Assembly: GCF_902459465.1 (NCBI RefSeq)
Contig: NC_047072.1
Span: forward strand, 15,103,776 to 15,167,775
Length of the DNA stretch: 64,000 bases
Direction: 5' to 3'
From: Asterias rubens
Lineage: Eukaryota
Each line of letters begins with the position of its first letter. Within the stretch, counting starts at the first letter, position 1. The notes beneath the pieces were generated by a model, which did not search any database, was not told where the DNA came from, and worked only from the letters and a program-made list of their open reading frames with translations. Shown piece after piece: positions 1 through 15,100 of this stretch. The position numbers were made by a program, and so were the translations under genes.

Positions 1-1540
1 CACTCAGGTTTGGGTAAATGTGTCTGTATACACCCAAACCAAACAGTGCATGATACACCATATCTCAAAAAGGCTAGCTGCAGCAGTGATGATGTCATGA
101 TTAGGTCACATCGTCTAGTGATTCATGAAAGACAAGCATTGACATAAAATATTGTATGGCTATAAAATGCTCCTGTGCAACCTTGTCCAACAATGGTCAA
201 GGATCGGGGACTGCACCTTAGTAAATAATCCAGATCAGATACACAAACAAATGCGTCTCTTTCATAACACGGCCGCTAATGGACCTCATAATGTATATCA
301 AAAATTCATTAGAAGGCAATCTTTAATATTAAAGGTAAAATAAACTGACACGGTTAAAGTAGACCGGAACGATGGCAAGTGGTGTATAATGAAGGTAAGA
401 AGTGATGCAAGCTTGCGGTTGTTATATTGAAGGCCATTGGAATATTATTATTATTACATAACAGGTTTTTGCATGCAGATGGATTTTTTTTAAAATTCTG
501 CATGCATATTGTTGGGTACATTATGTTCATATATGGTTTTGTTATGTAAATTCAGATTCAATTAACGGATATATACGAACCATTAGATTATAGAGAAACC
601 TTCATCAAAATTTAATTCCATAAAACACAACTTTCTTTTGCAAATGGCTATGTTTCTTTCTCACTTTGGCAGCTTGAAGCACCACAAGCATTTGAGGCTC
701 TTTCAAAGTATAATGCAACGATTACAAGGTGTCATCAGTATACCGTGGGGAAATAAAATACACCCGCATCTGTTTTCGCTATGAAAGAAAAAAACACTTC
801 GAGCTTGTTGACGGATGTGAAGGCGCAATAACCAACATAATGTTAAATACAACACTATATGATTACTAACTACACTATTTTGGTCACAAAGTAATTTTGT
901 ACATATGATATGTACGTGGTGCATGTAGAATGATCGATAGTTCTAGTTACATACATCTGACATTAATTAACTTCAGACGAATTTACCTGGAAAATGAAAC
1001 ACTTCTTAAACAACATTGGTTTCCTTGAATAATCTAAACTCACTACGTTAAGTTATATCGGGCCGGGTTTGCGAGAAGGAAATATTGGAAAACCTAATTT
1101 TAGATCCTGGAATGTTAATTGTTCCTCTAATTACCACACCCAAACATCAACGTCATAGGAACCGCCCATTTGGTATCAAGGGACATAAAACTGCCTCGTA
1201 CCCAGTTTATTGTCGTTAATTTTGCCGTACAATGGAACGCAAAATGTATGAAGATTGTTTTCATCGGTTTTTGTTCTCAGTCGATACACGTCATTTAGCC
1301 AGCAATTTATTAATAACAAGTTGGCAATGCGACCACGGTTGTTATGCTAGCGACTGTAGTTTGTTGATATTGGCACATGGTTTGGCCTCGTAGCCAGGCT
1401 GGTGGCTAAACAGTGACCTTATCGTTCACTTAACTGTGACCAGAATAACTGTTGTTACCAAATGACCGTAATAGGAATATTATTTTCATCAAATATTCAC
1501 AATAGGTCGACAATTGCTCACATACAAAAAGTTCTGAATC

Positions 1541-1676
1541 AACTGTCATCGATTGTTGATGTTGTCACATAGTGGGGCCTTGGTACGGTTACTATATTGG
1601 TGACCTGTAACTGTCATCGATTGTTGATGTTGTCACATAGTGGGGCCTTGGTACGGTTACTATATTGGTGACCTTA
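1541..1676. repeat. 63-bp direct tandem duplication (x2)
   Basis: aactgtcatcgattgttgatgttgtcacatagtggggccttggtacggttactatattggtgacct occurs twice. Confidence 0.8.
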
Positions 1677-2034
1677 CAGGGTACTCGACTGTGTCCAACA
1701 GACTATTTCTAAATGACCCATCTTTTTGATAGGCAGAGAGTATCTCTTTAGTTGTTTTGATATGCAGAATGCATTCGTTTAATCAGTCTACTGTAATATA
1801 CAAGGTTCGCCTATGATATGCATTAATGAGGCTTATTTGTAATGATGTATTGCAGGGTGGAAAAGGGAGAGGCTCCTAGGGGACAAAGCAACGCGACGAA
1901 GCGGCCATGACCACGTCAGACTACTTGATATCACTGCTGTGAGTTTGACGCAGTGAGGACGTGTCATCCTCATCAGCTTAGATCTACCGTGCATTGCCCA
2001 CCGTCATACCGCTCAAGCAACAGCAGTGTCAAAA

Positions 2035-2250
2035 TGGCAACATGTACCCTAAGAACAATGTTATTATCTCTCCTAATGATGATAATTGTCTTAACCCGAA
2101 TGACTTCTGCACTAGTGGTGCCCTTGACTGTAAATGGAGAATGCCCGATCCACACTGTGCGAACTTTAGATGGAAACAATTGTATGTCATGTGCGTCTTG
2201 CTATTCGGACTACTCACCGCAGGATTGGCTTTGCATGAACTGCACACAAG
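2035..2250 (+). CDS. candidate first coding exon of a secreted or membrane Cys-rich protein (signal peptide plus cysteine-rich segment); the gene is not identified
   Basis: ATG at 2035. MATCTLRTMLLSLLMMIIVLTRMTSALVVPLTVNGECPIHTVRTLDGNNCMSCASCYSDYSPQDWLCMNCTQ is followed by G|gtaaat, a strong donor. The overlapping ORFs in other frames are probably artefacts. Confidence 0.35.
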
Positions 2251-2310
2251 GTAAATATTAGTTTCTAAATAGTGTACGGTATAATGTGTGTGACAGTTAT
2301 TAATTTGCGT

Positions 2311-2607
2311 TTTTACCCATACACCGATGTGTGTTAGCACTGTATACTCAGTACTTTCCCGAGTCCTGTGAAAAAAATATCACAGGCATGTTACTCGGGT
2401 GGGATTCGAACCCACGACCATTGCAATTCTAGAGCAGTGTCTTACCAACTAGACTACCGAGGTTTCCCGGCAGCTAGAGGCAGTTCAAATCCTATGTTTT
2501 GGCAGCGGATACCGCAACGATATAACAGATGTTAAATTTGCATCGGGGATAAAGAATATTAATTTTGGTTTTGACCCATACACCGATGTGTGTTAGCACT
2601 GTATACT
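2311..2607 (-). mobile_element. tRNA-derived SINE, composite copy (tRNA-like head 2386-2485 on the minus strand, plus a duplicated body segment)
   Basis: It contains an A/B-box-like TAGTCTAGTTGGTAAGAC and GGTCGTGGGTTCGAATCCCAC (minus strand). The body motif tttacccatacaccgatgtgtgttagcactgtatact occurs at 2311-2345 and again at 2572-2607. Confidence 0.6.
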
Positions 2608-3025
2608 GTAACAGTTATTGTCATCTATATTATAGTGAATAGTGTACATTACTAAATAGCATGCAACTTGAAGAATAAACCCTTTTATAAGCAAACTTTT
2701 GAATTGTATATACATTTAACCAACTTTGGTTTGAAACTATTTACAGTTAATTCTTTCTCCATAAATACTTATGGGTATATAGACTTATGTGTTACCAACT
2801 GGAGTAAGGTTTGCAATCATGAACAGTGGTATGAACTTTCCACCATGAATTCGTTTCATTCAGAGAGGGTATCCAAACAACTTATGTCTGCGGATTATAG
2901 TGCATCAGTTGCTGCCGTCAAAGCGTTTTGACCATCCGTTAAGCAAAAAAAACCTTTGTTATCTCGATGTTAACTAGCAATGAAGACATTATAAACGGTT
3001 CTGTTGAAAATTACTGTTTTAGGAA

Positions 3026-3147
3026 CAATTAGCCATCGTATTAGGGGATAACTAGAGTTCACGGGATGGGTGAAGAAATTAACTTACAATTAGCCATCGT
3101 ATTAGGGGATAACTCGAGTTCACGGGATGGGTGAAGAAATTAACTGA
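3026..3147. repeat. 61-bp direct tandem duplication (x2)
   Basis: caattagccatcgtattaggggataactagagttcacgggatgggtgaagaaattaact occurs twice (one substitution). Confidence 0.8.
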
Positions 3148-6100
3148 CAATTGTGATCACAGTTAGATGACAAATGGGTTGAAAATGGAAACGGTCGTAT
3201 TGACAAAAGACGCGTCTCAATACCCGTGCATTTATTCTGTTTATATAACAGTTCACTAGCGGGTTTACTTTGATATCCATAAGAGCAGAATCACCTCAGG
3301 CATCGGACTGTGATTAATACTATCACGAACTTGACTCTTCCTTAAACTGCTTTACACACTGTTAAATGACAAACGCTAAAAGGCGTGCGTGTCCAGATAA
3401 AAGGGGAATTAAAAGCCGATTTTTACATCTCATTGACGAAAACAGTAAAGCGATACAAGATAATGTCTTCAACCTGATCAAATTGTATTTTGTCTTTGTA
3501 TCTATCTCTAGGCGCGGTGTTCGCACGATCGGCACTCTGTGCCTCGGGGGAACTTTGCTTAATTTCTAAACACGCCTTGAAATTTACCCGTCGCTGAATT
3601 CGTCAATTTCACAGTGCGTGTTGTATATACTTTGTCGCTGTCAAGTCGAGGTGAATCATGCATTTATTTTCTTCAAACAAGCGAATAGAAAAATACATTT
3701 TCAGGTTTTCCGTGTGACTATGTTTTCATCTTTATCTTTTCGTTTGGGTGATCTTCATCACCATGACGACGGCAATCTTTATTTATATTAAACTTGTCAA
3801 ACTTTAACTCAATATGCATCTCAAACCGCATCGGTCAAATCCTATTAAGCCTTACACAATGGCGCTTTCATAATCCTTACTAGGAATGAACAAGAATATC
3901 AAGTTGTGTCTTTAGTGAGGTGGTTTTATATCTAACGAAAATAAACCAATTCAAACCGACTAAAAATATGGAATGTTCGTACAATGGATTTCATGCACAT
4001 GAAAGATTTATCCGCTCATGAGAAATATGAATGAAAACAATTTATTGTTTGCTTTAACTGCACATACTTCAGAAACTTGGCTTGTGTAATTTTATGATAT
4101 CTCTGAAGTAAATTTCCCAGGAAAATAGTCTGAGAACTTTGAATGATTCTATAATGTTGTAAACGTGCACATTATTCGCTTAAGCTGAGTGAGTATTATG
4201 TGAAGCCGCCTCATGGCCACACTGTAACCAATTTAGCTCAAATCTAAATAAAAGGCGTGGGACTTGCCGTTATAGAAAACAAAGAAGATGTCTCTGAAGA
4301 TGTCACTGAAGATGTCTGTGTAGGAGTAAAACTCAAGCCTAACCTGCGATCATGATATCTCTTGCTGAGATAAATCTTTACAACAAATATTGGAATTGTA
4401 TGTCTTAAACCAGCATCGATTAATCGATCCTGTATCGTGAATCAATCAGTAATGAATCAATAGTATCTGATGTGTAAACCAATCAGCAACCATATGACAA
4501 CACACCAATAAATAGGCCAAGGCTTTAATTATAAAAGTATCAATTATTAACAAATACAATTAATTGCGTTTTTATGAATTATTAATGCTGCCATACCTAC
4601 TTTTACAATTTATATTCCAAGCTACAGTAAATTACACATGCCTTTATCGTATACACAACATAACAGTAATCGCGTAAAACAAAAAAAATCAGCATAATTA
4701 ATATTTTGATTGTATCAATACAACATGCACATGGCCCGATCCATTGCAGTATTGTTTAGCCTGCGGCATTCCATCACTCAATAACTCTCGTCATTGAAAT
4801 CTCGTCTTGGGGGAAATTGGACAAACAATGAGCATGGTGAGATTTCGTTTGATTAGTCGAGCGATATGCGAACTTGGTATCATAACATGGCGTGCACAAA
4901 CTCTGTTTTAATTTGCATAGAAATCATAATGTATGTATGGTGACACGTCTGTTCTGACCTATTATAACTCGGCTAGATCTACTTACATGAAACTGTTTTT
5001 GTTATAACACACGTTTTAACAAAACCTCTGATGAAACATGTTGGAGCATGTTTGCTGAAGGTTGATTTATTGCGGTATATTTTATGAACCAAAACAGAAC
5101 GCGAAATTGAAAGATGCAAATGAACTCATTTATATTGCCGCAACTGCTGCCTGTATTGTCACTTATGCATCGTGGCGTGCATGCCAAACGTCATATTATT
5201 GTGTAAATAGATAAAAGGCCAATTTACTACCGTGAATATAACGTTGTATTCGGACGAAGTTTATATTCTAACATAATTTAATATCAGGCGAGATAATTTA
5301 TAAACTATTTGACTCTCATTTGGATACTTCTTATTATAGCCCTCATCCATCCTGGCTGTGAGCCATTTAATGTCTTGGGATATCAAAGATGATTAACCTT
5401 TCAAAGAATTGTATTTTTAATGAATAAGTGTACCATGGGAAATACATGGTCTCCTCTCACCTAAATGAGAAGAACATTAAAGGCTGCTTGTGCTGCTTTT
5501 AAAAAACAAGGGCAACGTCAATATTTGTTTCTGTATATAAATAAGCATGCCACAACAGTATACCAAAAGGAGTGAATCTTCATTCTTCCTAAAAGCTCAC
5601 TTGAAATCTACGTGTTATAAGAGATAAACAGGAACAAAACTCGCCCAATCCGTTTTTAAGCATATAGAATGATTGGTTGGATTTTGATTGGTATCAAGTT
5701 TTGCATATCCCTCGATGTTTTAGTTGCTGTGTTTTATGGCATAGACATGCCTTTTTGAAGTTTGACATTATATATGTGTTACCTATATACTTCTGCCCTG
5801 CATGCATGAAGCATGCACACACGTCTTGACTATTTTTGACATGAGTTGTTATGAAAGCATGGTCAGTGCTGGATTTAATCCCAATCCACGCTATTGCATA
5901 TGACCCTTTCGCAGCTATAACTATACCGTGGCCCAGACCTGATTCCAACGCTAATTTTATTATCATCTTTGATTCGGAATCTATCACAGTTGCCCAAGGT
6001 TATTATTATTTTCATTTTGACTCCTTTTTTGCCTAGCGCCCCGTCCATCATCGCTTCATGTTCACTGTTCACCTTATTGTCCCCACCGCTCTGCCTAATT

Positions 6101-9100
6101 CTTTGAGAATGCCATTTATAACAACCTCCCCTCCAGTCGTCCTTAAAGGAACACAATGTGTTTGTTTGATTCATGGTAACTTCACAGAAAGGTCATTACT
6201 TTAAAAAGAAGAAATTGTACTGGCGCCTTGTTCAGCTATTTGTTGTATGAAGTGGCATGCCTTTTCAATTAACCTGTTGTTATGGATCCTCAATAATATA
6301 AACAACGAATGCTCGCAGCAGTAAACAGTGTGCGCCATATGCGTTTAAATGTCTCATGCTGATTCAAATTATGGATACCGATTTATTTTCACAGATTGGG
6401 TATAACAGAGTTTTGTTTCACCTCTTGATTTCAATTGTTTGAACGGATAAATAAAGGGTATCCGCATAATTACAATATATTGGGGGTTTTAAATTTTAAA
6501 TAAACAGGTCTGTTTTTGTTATACAAAACTTGACATCAAATAGAGACAACTTCAAGATGGACCTTTAGCCTAATATTCTTTTTCTGTTCTATAATCCAGT
6601 GGGTTGTCAAACAAGTCCTGTAAGAGATCCTCAATAGACCAGGTAACCTTTTAGCAGCTTGGAAGTATAAGATAAGACACTTGAGTAACACTCAAGTCTC
6701 AGCCAGACACAACTCTTCGTTCGCGGTTAATATTGCAAGCGAATTTACCTTGAAGGGCAGAGGGTTTAGACGGCCGCCTCAAGCCTGATGGCAATTTCAA
6801 GGTTCAAAATGTGAAATCACTTGATGATGTGCAAGGAGTTTGACAGGCGAGATTATTAACAATCGGTCACTGTTGTCATTGGGAGATAGCTAGTTTTTCC
6901 ACTTCAGGGATATATCTGATTTTCAACTAGCAATTTTATGTAGGCTACATGCATAGGATAAGCAATGTATGCAAATGTCTTTATTGTAAGTGATCATGAC
7001 GTTGATTTTGATTTTAGAAAGCACTACAAACAAATAAACGCAAGGTGAATGCGCAAGCGTGGTTTTGATCTAAGCGTTATAATTTCCCACAGGATTTAAC
7101 AGATGAAAAACTACCATTTCATAATCCAGCACCTAGCATGCCATGAGGTAATAATGCCATCTTTTAGAGGCTCCGTCCATGATTATAGCCAGCTTAGCCC
7201 AAATGCCAAAGCTGGGTTTTAAAGAAGTTCGTCGTCTTCTTTGAAATTGATCTTCATCCTGTCTGTTTCGTCTCTCATATTAAAAACATATCTTATCTTT
7301 CAGCGGCAAGGGTATCAGAACCTGTTACCGCGCGGCTCAGGTCCCTCTGCTTTGAAAACACTCATGGCAAGACTGTAACTCAACACTCAAGCAACATTAA
7401 AACCCTGTCTCTTGTAGAGCTTCTTTATGTTTCACGGCTTAAGGGACCCAAACTCTCTCCCTGTCTTCACAATGAAAGCTTTTGGATCTTGTATTATAGA
7501 GACTATTAGTTTCAGCTCTCAGGAAACGAAGTGAGACTTCGCTTTAATTTCCTGGGCAGGGGACACTCTCTACTGTAGTTGTGGTAATGACACAACCGCT
7601 GGGCAATATTAACACTGGGGCCAGAAATAACCGGTTATTACATCGCACGGTTCATAAATTATTGTAGAGAAAGTCATCGCTGAAGTGTGAGTCGGTCCAA
7701 GTGAAAGAGATCTACAAATATAGTGTTTTTCTTTAAGTAAACTAAAGGACGCTGGTTTTTGGCCTTTCAAAACAACTATTTCCATTCGGGTATATTAAAT
7801 TCAAATAACGTAATTTCATGATGCTTCACTGTAAAGATCGCGACAGGTCCAGTTACGTTATTTAATATATTGAATATCCATCACAGTGTTAACTCAATGT
7901 GTTAAATTTTCCCTTTATCTGATGGTTGCAGAACTAATATCAAATATTGTTTGGCTGAAAGGTTAGATTTACAAAACAGTTATTGTGTAAACACAGAAAC
8001 TGCTTGGTAACTATTTGTATCCATTATTAAAACATGATCATCTCAAGCCGTGTTCGTCACCAAACATTAATATTGATGTTTTTTTTTGTAGAAGCAAGAT
8101 CAGTGAGCAAAGAGTGGGGGAAAACATATAGCGATTCCCCCTCCCTCCCCTTCTTCCACCTACATCACCCGAGAGTCAATAACATCTAATGTTAGTCTAT
8201 GCTATGGAAACCTATTGGTGGTATCACATTTAGTGTTATGGTTAGAATTTGAGTTGTATTATTATGTACGAGGCGAGCGTTTGGATATTGGATATTGAGC
8301 TCAGGGGAAAGCCATTGATATTACCCATAAAGCAAGGTTTGACGTCTTTATGGCGTGAGGGCAAGGGCAAAGAGGAACCATTGGCTCAAATTACAACCAA
8401 AGATGATTAACATTACGACCTGTTCACTCAAAGGTCACGGAAGTACTTGTATTTTTTATACAGTCACAATTGTTTTTCAGCCAGATGTTTAAATCAAAAT
8501 CATACTTTAAATCAATTTGGTTGGTTGACTTCAATCAATAACAACCAATGATATTTACGCCGGTTATGATATCCTTTAATATATACTGCACATGTGATTC
8601 AGATGCAGTTATTGGGACCTCCCCCTTGCTATGTTAATCGATCAGAAAGCAAATATGATTATGCAGTGTTTTACACCATTGAAAGGTCAACAATATACTT
8701 TTAAGGAAAGGGGAAATATGGCCACAGTAAATCGATTGAACTTGAATAGTGTTGGTTTAAGGCGTACGTACAAGTATACGTGCCCAGCAGTGGGTTGATA
8801 TTACACGCACAGATACAATGACATAGTGACTTGAAATGACGGTCTTCTGACATGGTTCATCTGGTATCTCCTTTAAAGTCCACTGAAAGTACACTTAAAC
8901 CAATAGACGCACAGGGGAATCTTAAGATAACATATCCACTATCACTGATGAGACTAAATCTGGGCCTGCGATGAGGCGAAAAAGGTCGCTGTTCATTCCA
9001 CGCCATCGCTTTGCTACAGTATCGTACCAATTGCTCGCTTCATTTGCTGCACCAGGCAGGGCGAATGCTTACAGCCATGTGCAAGATAAAGGAGTCAGAT

Positions 9101-12100
9101 TGGGGCTGGTTCAACCACAAGTTCAATCATATGGGAATACTCAAATGTAAACTGTTGTGACTCTCATGCATGTGCTCTTTTTAATGAATGGCCTATTTGT
9201 TATTCCACTTTCCTATTCTTATTCATGATTTTCATGCTAGCTTATATCTTTAATGCATAGCTGATTGTTTATGCCTAGTGAACACATTCATTATATATCG
9301 ATTTCAAACAGAGAAATTTATCTTTGGAGGCGAAGCGGCATATTTCGGCCCACCCCCTCTGCCCGTAAACACGTGCATATGATAAAAGGGTACAAGTACT
9401 TTTGATGTCATATTACGTTCGTCATCCTTGAAACGGAATTACCGTACTTCTCTATCAAAAGTGCATGTGAGCTTTTAGTAAAAGCAAAACAGGCACTTAT
9501 GCAGAGTGGGAAATGTTGAGCTGCAGATCGAAGACTAGTCGTGCGTACCAGTTCAATGGGAAGGGACTCATCTAGTATCACAGACATTGGGAAAACATCT
9601 CCCGCTGAAGAAGAAAATAAAAAAATAAAAAAATCCGGGAACTTGATCGTGTCCATGTCCTTATCTTTAAACTTTGACATGAGTTCCACTCCTTTATGCT
9701 CTCAATATATAAAATGAGCTCAGCTGTCGGCACCATGCGCGCCTGCGCGTTTTTTAAAGTCTCGAAGTACAGTGACTGAACATTTATCAATCGATGAAGC
9801 AAGACTCTATAGTTGTCCCTGAACGCTCTAAACCCCGTCAGCTATCTGTGTAATAGTAGGAAGAAAAGTGCATCAGCACACCTACCCTTGATAATGGTGA
9901 TGTGTAACTCCCCTGTTATTGGAGTGTGGCCTTCACTTCAGCCGCTGCAATTGTTTCATTGTCTTCCTTGACGCCACTGATGCACTTATCTAAATGAAAA
10001 ATGGAAAATTTTAAATAATGAGCTGCCATTTTTCTTTCATGAGAATATTAGATCTAGACACAGGGTGATGACGCACAACCATTCGGTATTTCGAATTGAC
10101 AATGCTAATGAAAGAAAACCAATCTACGCATGGGGTAATAATTGTGTTACCGGCCATAGACAAAATCTCAATTCAAATGGTGAACAGGATTTAAAATTTA
10201 CATTTGCGGGAGTCAAATGGTGAAAGTCCTTCTATACATAGCTCATCCATCAAACATAAAGTTTTCACCGATTATCAATCCATGTAGGCTGTTTGTATTA
10301 GCAGGGTTTGTGGGATCAGAGATAACATCGGAGATGTTACTTGGGGTATCTCATTTTCAGAATCATTAAAATATACACGTGTACATCTACATATTGGACA
10401 GTTTAATCTTTAAGGTAACTGAAACCGTGGATCAATATTTTGTCATGCCTTGCTCATTGGCCTATATAATTGGCATGCTACTACGCTGCTTTTACGAAGA
10501 TAAAATACCCACAGAATTATGCATCGCTCATGTACAACTCATCTTTGAAAATGTCCCTATGCATGCCCGTTTTCCCCCAACAACAAGACACGAGTTAATG
10601 TGTAATTTCTCAGAGGAATAAAATCTGAGCGAATCACAAATAGCTGTTGACATAAATTTGCTGTTTTCTTTGAGCGTAGGCGCTTTCAATGAAAGGAACA
10701 TTAGGTTACCCACTTCAGCGTCTTTCGAGCGCGGCGGCATGCTGTCCAGGCTCACCACCGTTCGGCATACAGCAATTCGTTTTGAAAGCCGTAACGACTA
10801 TAGAATTTTCCTTAGTGCAACGTTAGTTGACGATGGTTAATAAATTTAAACAGTAAAAGTATGGCAAATCTTTTAAGTGCAGACCAACTTAACGACTGTT
10901 TTTCATATGCAAATTTAATTACTTATAGGAGGCGTTGGACTTTCCTGCTCAATTAATTTCCTTTGGTGGTTTTTAATGGGAAATTATTGCAGCATTGTGT
11001 TTTGAGATGTTTGTAACGCGTGCCCTCATAATGATACAACTGTGGCATTTTCCGTATTCATTAAAACATTTTGAACAGTATTTATGTCCCATGTTTCACA
11101 ACAGTATTACAATGAATGACACACACGTTTAAGGCAGCAAAATGTCATATATGAAAATCCTTTCCACAAAATAAATCCATTAGTGTTTTTGTTATAAGCT
11201 TACATGTGGCGGACACAATCATTTCAATGCTGTCTCGTTGCTTAAGGAAAACGCCTAAAGTAATCCGCTCATTAAGTATACAGAAATTTACTATTTTTAT
11301 GCTAAAAATAAAACAAGGGCAGACAACGACGGTGTTTTAAGCTACTGATTTATCGAAAGTGATAGTCAGTAATCATGAAAGATTTGCCGACGGTACAATC
11401 CATTACTACGTCTCAACAAATAAATCATGATTTTTATCACCCATTTACCCACTATATAGAATGAGTGAAAACTGCAGAGATGTACATCGTGGATCTCATA
11501 TAAGAAGAAACCCAAATGAAAGCAGATGCAAACCGTCGCAAATTACTGCTGGGACATCCAGGGCAATCTTTTAATCTTTCTTATACCCGGTGATTGGAAT
11601 TGATGCCTGGGTCTTAATGTTTAGGAGACCATAGATCAAAGGCCCACTTACTTTTCAAATATTCCTCCAGGGAAAGAACAGCTATAGCTCCAATAAAGAA
11701 GACCCATTGCATCATTGATAATGTTGGCCAAAACAAGTCTGTACTGTATGCGTGCTTCCTCTTTTTGAAAAGTATTTAAAGGCACTGTAAATCAAATAGA
11801 CCATTGATGACTAATTATTATAACAATTGAATTCACGTCCAAAAAAAAAACAAGCAAATTCTTTTTAACATGTTATTGAATAGTGCAATTATTAGCCTTG
11901 CATCTTTTTGACACTGTGTGTTGAGAAAGTTGTTTAATTTATTTGTTACTTCATTTCCTTGTGTTGCCAATGAAACATAACAACCTTTCATTCTTTTTAT
12001 TAACCAAAAACTAAAACTGGTTGATCATATTTCGGGTTTTTTGTTGCCAAGATAAAAGGTTTAAATTTATTGGCGTGTATACCTTAATTATGCTGAATTT

Positions 12101-15100
12101 AGCTCCGATTAAACACTTTGAATATTGGCCTTGCACAACTGTCCACGTTTACCCACGTCCATATTTATGATCACGTATTTTCAACTCGTTGTTGAAGTAA
12201 AAACACAAAAACAAAATCCTGAAATCTTATAAGTGCATGTTGATGTGAGCGCAGGTGTATGCTAAGTTGTATCGCCCATGGGGTGCCATAACTGATGTAT
12301 TATTGATTCGTTTTGCCTGCGATTCACACAATACATGGTGTGAATACCTGTAAAGTGTCAGTCTTAAGGAGATTAAAATATGCATCTTGTCAGGCTTACT
12401 AGCAAAGGACCATCAAGTTCTTGACCATTTGAAACAAGTTAATCTTGGATGGCGTGAAATGTTTTTCAAATGTAGGGTTATTGCAGTACGCGTACAACAC
12501 CATCATGTACTTCTTGGATTTAAATGACCAGAATATCAAACTTTCCAACGTGACTCTTATGTTGCACAGCGCCACCATTGACACCAATATCATTCTTTGC
12601 ACAGTCTGTAAATATTGATACATTTTCAAAGGTTGTGTTTTTGGTAGCTATATTTTATTTAGCCTAAATTGTACATGGACAATATATATCGAGGACGAGA
12701 ACGAGCAAGGCGGTCTTATATGCCACATCATCATTGCAGATTGTGTGCATGCACACTGCGAACAACTGCAGATGACATCTGTTCAACGCTAAATTCATTT
12801 TGCATCACCCAGACATAAGCCAATATTACAAAGCATAATTATGTTTTTATTAATTAGCCATAAAAGGGCCGTCTATTAGTCTCCTACAAGTCGTTTAGCT
12901 GTGAACCGCCTGTTTGAAATGCACGCATCGATGCGTAGTCTCCGAATCATTCATTACCTGAGTGATTTGTGTCCCCATCAGAAAACCTACCAGGAAGCCA
13001 ATTGTACAGTAATTGCGCCTTAATCAAATTGACTTCATTTTGGTACCGTGTGACAACTTAATGCTTGCCCGTCTGACAACTGCCGATCATGTAGAACGTC
13101 ATGCGTGAATGAGAATACAGTGGACCATAGAGGGGCACGATACATCATTAGAATAACGCAGGCAAAATTGTTAGACACATCAGGAACATCAATTTGTTTG
13201 GGGAAAAAAAAAGTGAAGATGAGGTTGTTTACTCTTTGCACAATGACCCAAATAATAATGACCGCGTCTGGATATTATTATTACTGCATTGTTCTATATT
13301 CTGAAGGCGCTTGGTCAGAGAAACAAAATAATGTAATAATTATTGATATAGTACAATGACCAGTCGATGGACAATTTAATAAAAACACATAAATTATGTT
13401 TTGACCATGGCGAGGGGAATGAGCAGTATGTTGATGCTCACTATAGGGAATGTGATTGTTTTATTTTATTTATACCAATAATTTAAGTTTTCCAATCTTA
13501 TCAACGCCACGGGAAATGTTTTGTTCTACCTGCCCTTCCCAAGTTTGACAGATGAAACCAACAGAGGGCAGTATGATGACCTATTAAAAATTCTAACAAC
13601 AAGTTTAGTAATAAAACCAAAACCAGGCATTAATTTTTAACAATAAAGTAGACATACGTTGGTACTGTTTTTTCCAGCAGTACAGCCTCTTTACTTTAAA
13701 TTCATACGGGATACGTTCTGGCTTTAAATTATATCAAATTCCCACGGCTATTGTTTATTTAATTCATCGCCCCGTTGGGTCTATGATATCCCACTGATAA
13801 CTGAGGTTTTATGTGCATTGTTCAAAATCAAAGGCGTGAATGGGAAGGACAAGGTAATTTTTTTAGGAGCTGTGATTGAACTTTGCATCACTGTGTCATA
13901 TTAACGATGTCAGGGACGGTTCTGCCCCCCCCCCCCCTCATGATTTATTAACGACCGTGGTTTTATTTTTTACTCAAAACAAACCCGCTCAAACACTCGA
14001 AACATTTATTGATTCTCACTTAGTTTTTAAAGACTTTTTTGTGCAAATAAAGCCTTTAATTTGAGTTGTTTTCCCCTTCCATTTAAAGTTTATTTTGTCT
14101 ACTGTTTTAAATTTACGCACATAGACTTCATTCTGCTGACAGGAGTGTAGTTGGCAGTGACATGAAATTAGGACCCCGGGGTCCAATTTCGTGCTGCTGC
14201 CAATTCCAAGTCGCCTAACGACCATTGCTTTCCTCTTAACAGAGTTATCGCCGCATAAATAGCTAGCTACGTACATATGGAATGCTTAAAGCTATGCGAG
14301 CAGAGACTTTCAAATGTTAGTCAGTACAAAAACGTAACATTTCCACCTGCTGTACATGTTAGTCAAGAACGTTTCTGTGAGAAGTTCTCCGTCGTTTTTT
14401 TTTTAGGGGGGGGGGGGCATAATGCAATGTTGGAGACCAACACTGCTTGTATGAATAAAAAGCTACACCACACTTCAGGCACAAGGCTAACAAAAATAGA
14501 CCTCCGTGTTACAGCTAACTTAGTACTAATATAGGCTAGAGGGCAGCTGGCAATGCCTCTGGCGGTACACAGATAGGCAATTCAGGCAACTCAGTCCGCA
14601 GAACAAGTCAGACCAGAGTGAGAGGGGCAATCTCCTACTCATTAGGGCCTAGCCTAGCATCCAGCCTAAGTAACATAAGGCCTATTGTTACAATGGCCGA
14701 TCATGCCGATGGCTGTTTGACAGTTCAAAAGATAAAAGTAGCTCTAGAATTACCACACAACAACAAAATTTCGACCGTGAAGCGTATTTATTATGTGTTT
14801 ATTGAAATCTTTAAATATGCCTTATTAGTGCAAACTCTCAAACTTTGAACTCACAGGTGTGCCCTCAAGACAAATTTCAATTTGCGCGCGCATTTGCAGA
14901 CGTTCACAAACACACAAAAGTGTCTGAAGACGTATATCGAGATATACATCATTACAACAAAGTCAGGACTAAGCCAAGAGATGAAATGTATTTTTTACCT
15001 GTTGTACACACATTTTACTCACTATTGTTATTCTTCTTGTATGTAATCATGATGTTTAAACCTCTTGGTAAAATTTCACTTCATCATATGCTGCCGCAAA

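Noticed and set aside
1953-2340. A cluster of four mutually overlapping ORFs on both strands.
   Set aside because: Only the + frame from ATG 2035 to the donor at 2250 has a coherent signal-peptide and Cys-rich reading with a strong GT donor. The others are frame artefacts of a locally GC-richer segment.
2386-2478. A possible functional tRNA gene on the minus strand (good D-arm and T-arm consensus).
   Set aside because: The anticodon stem does not pair and the acceptor stem is imperfect. The same sequence recurs at 56960-57060 and 57970-58040, attached to a shared non-tRNA body. This is the behaviour of a tRNA-derived SINE, not a tRNA gene.
5694-6174. Overlapping ORFs of about 100 aa (5694-5987, 5875-6174 on the minus strand, 5851-6036 on the plus strand) that might be an intronless gene.
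   Set aside because: There is no recognisable domain, no splice or promoter context, and the ORFs overlap one another in different frames. They are most likely chance ORFs in AT-rich DNA.
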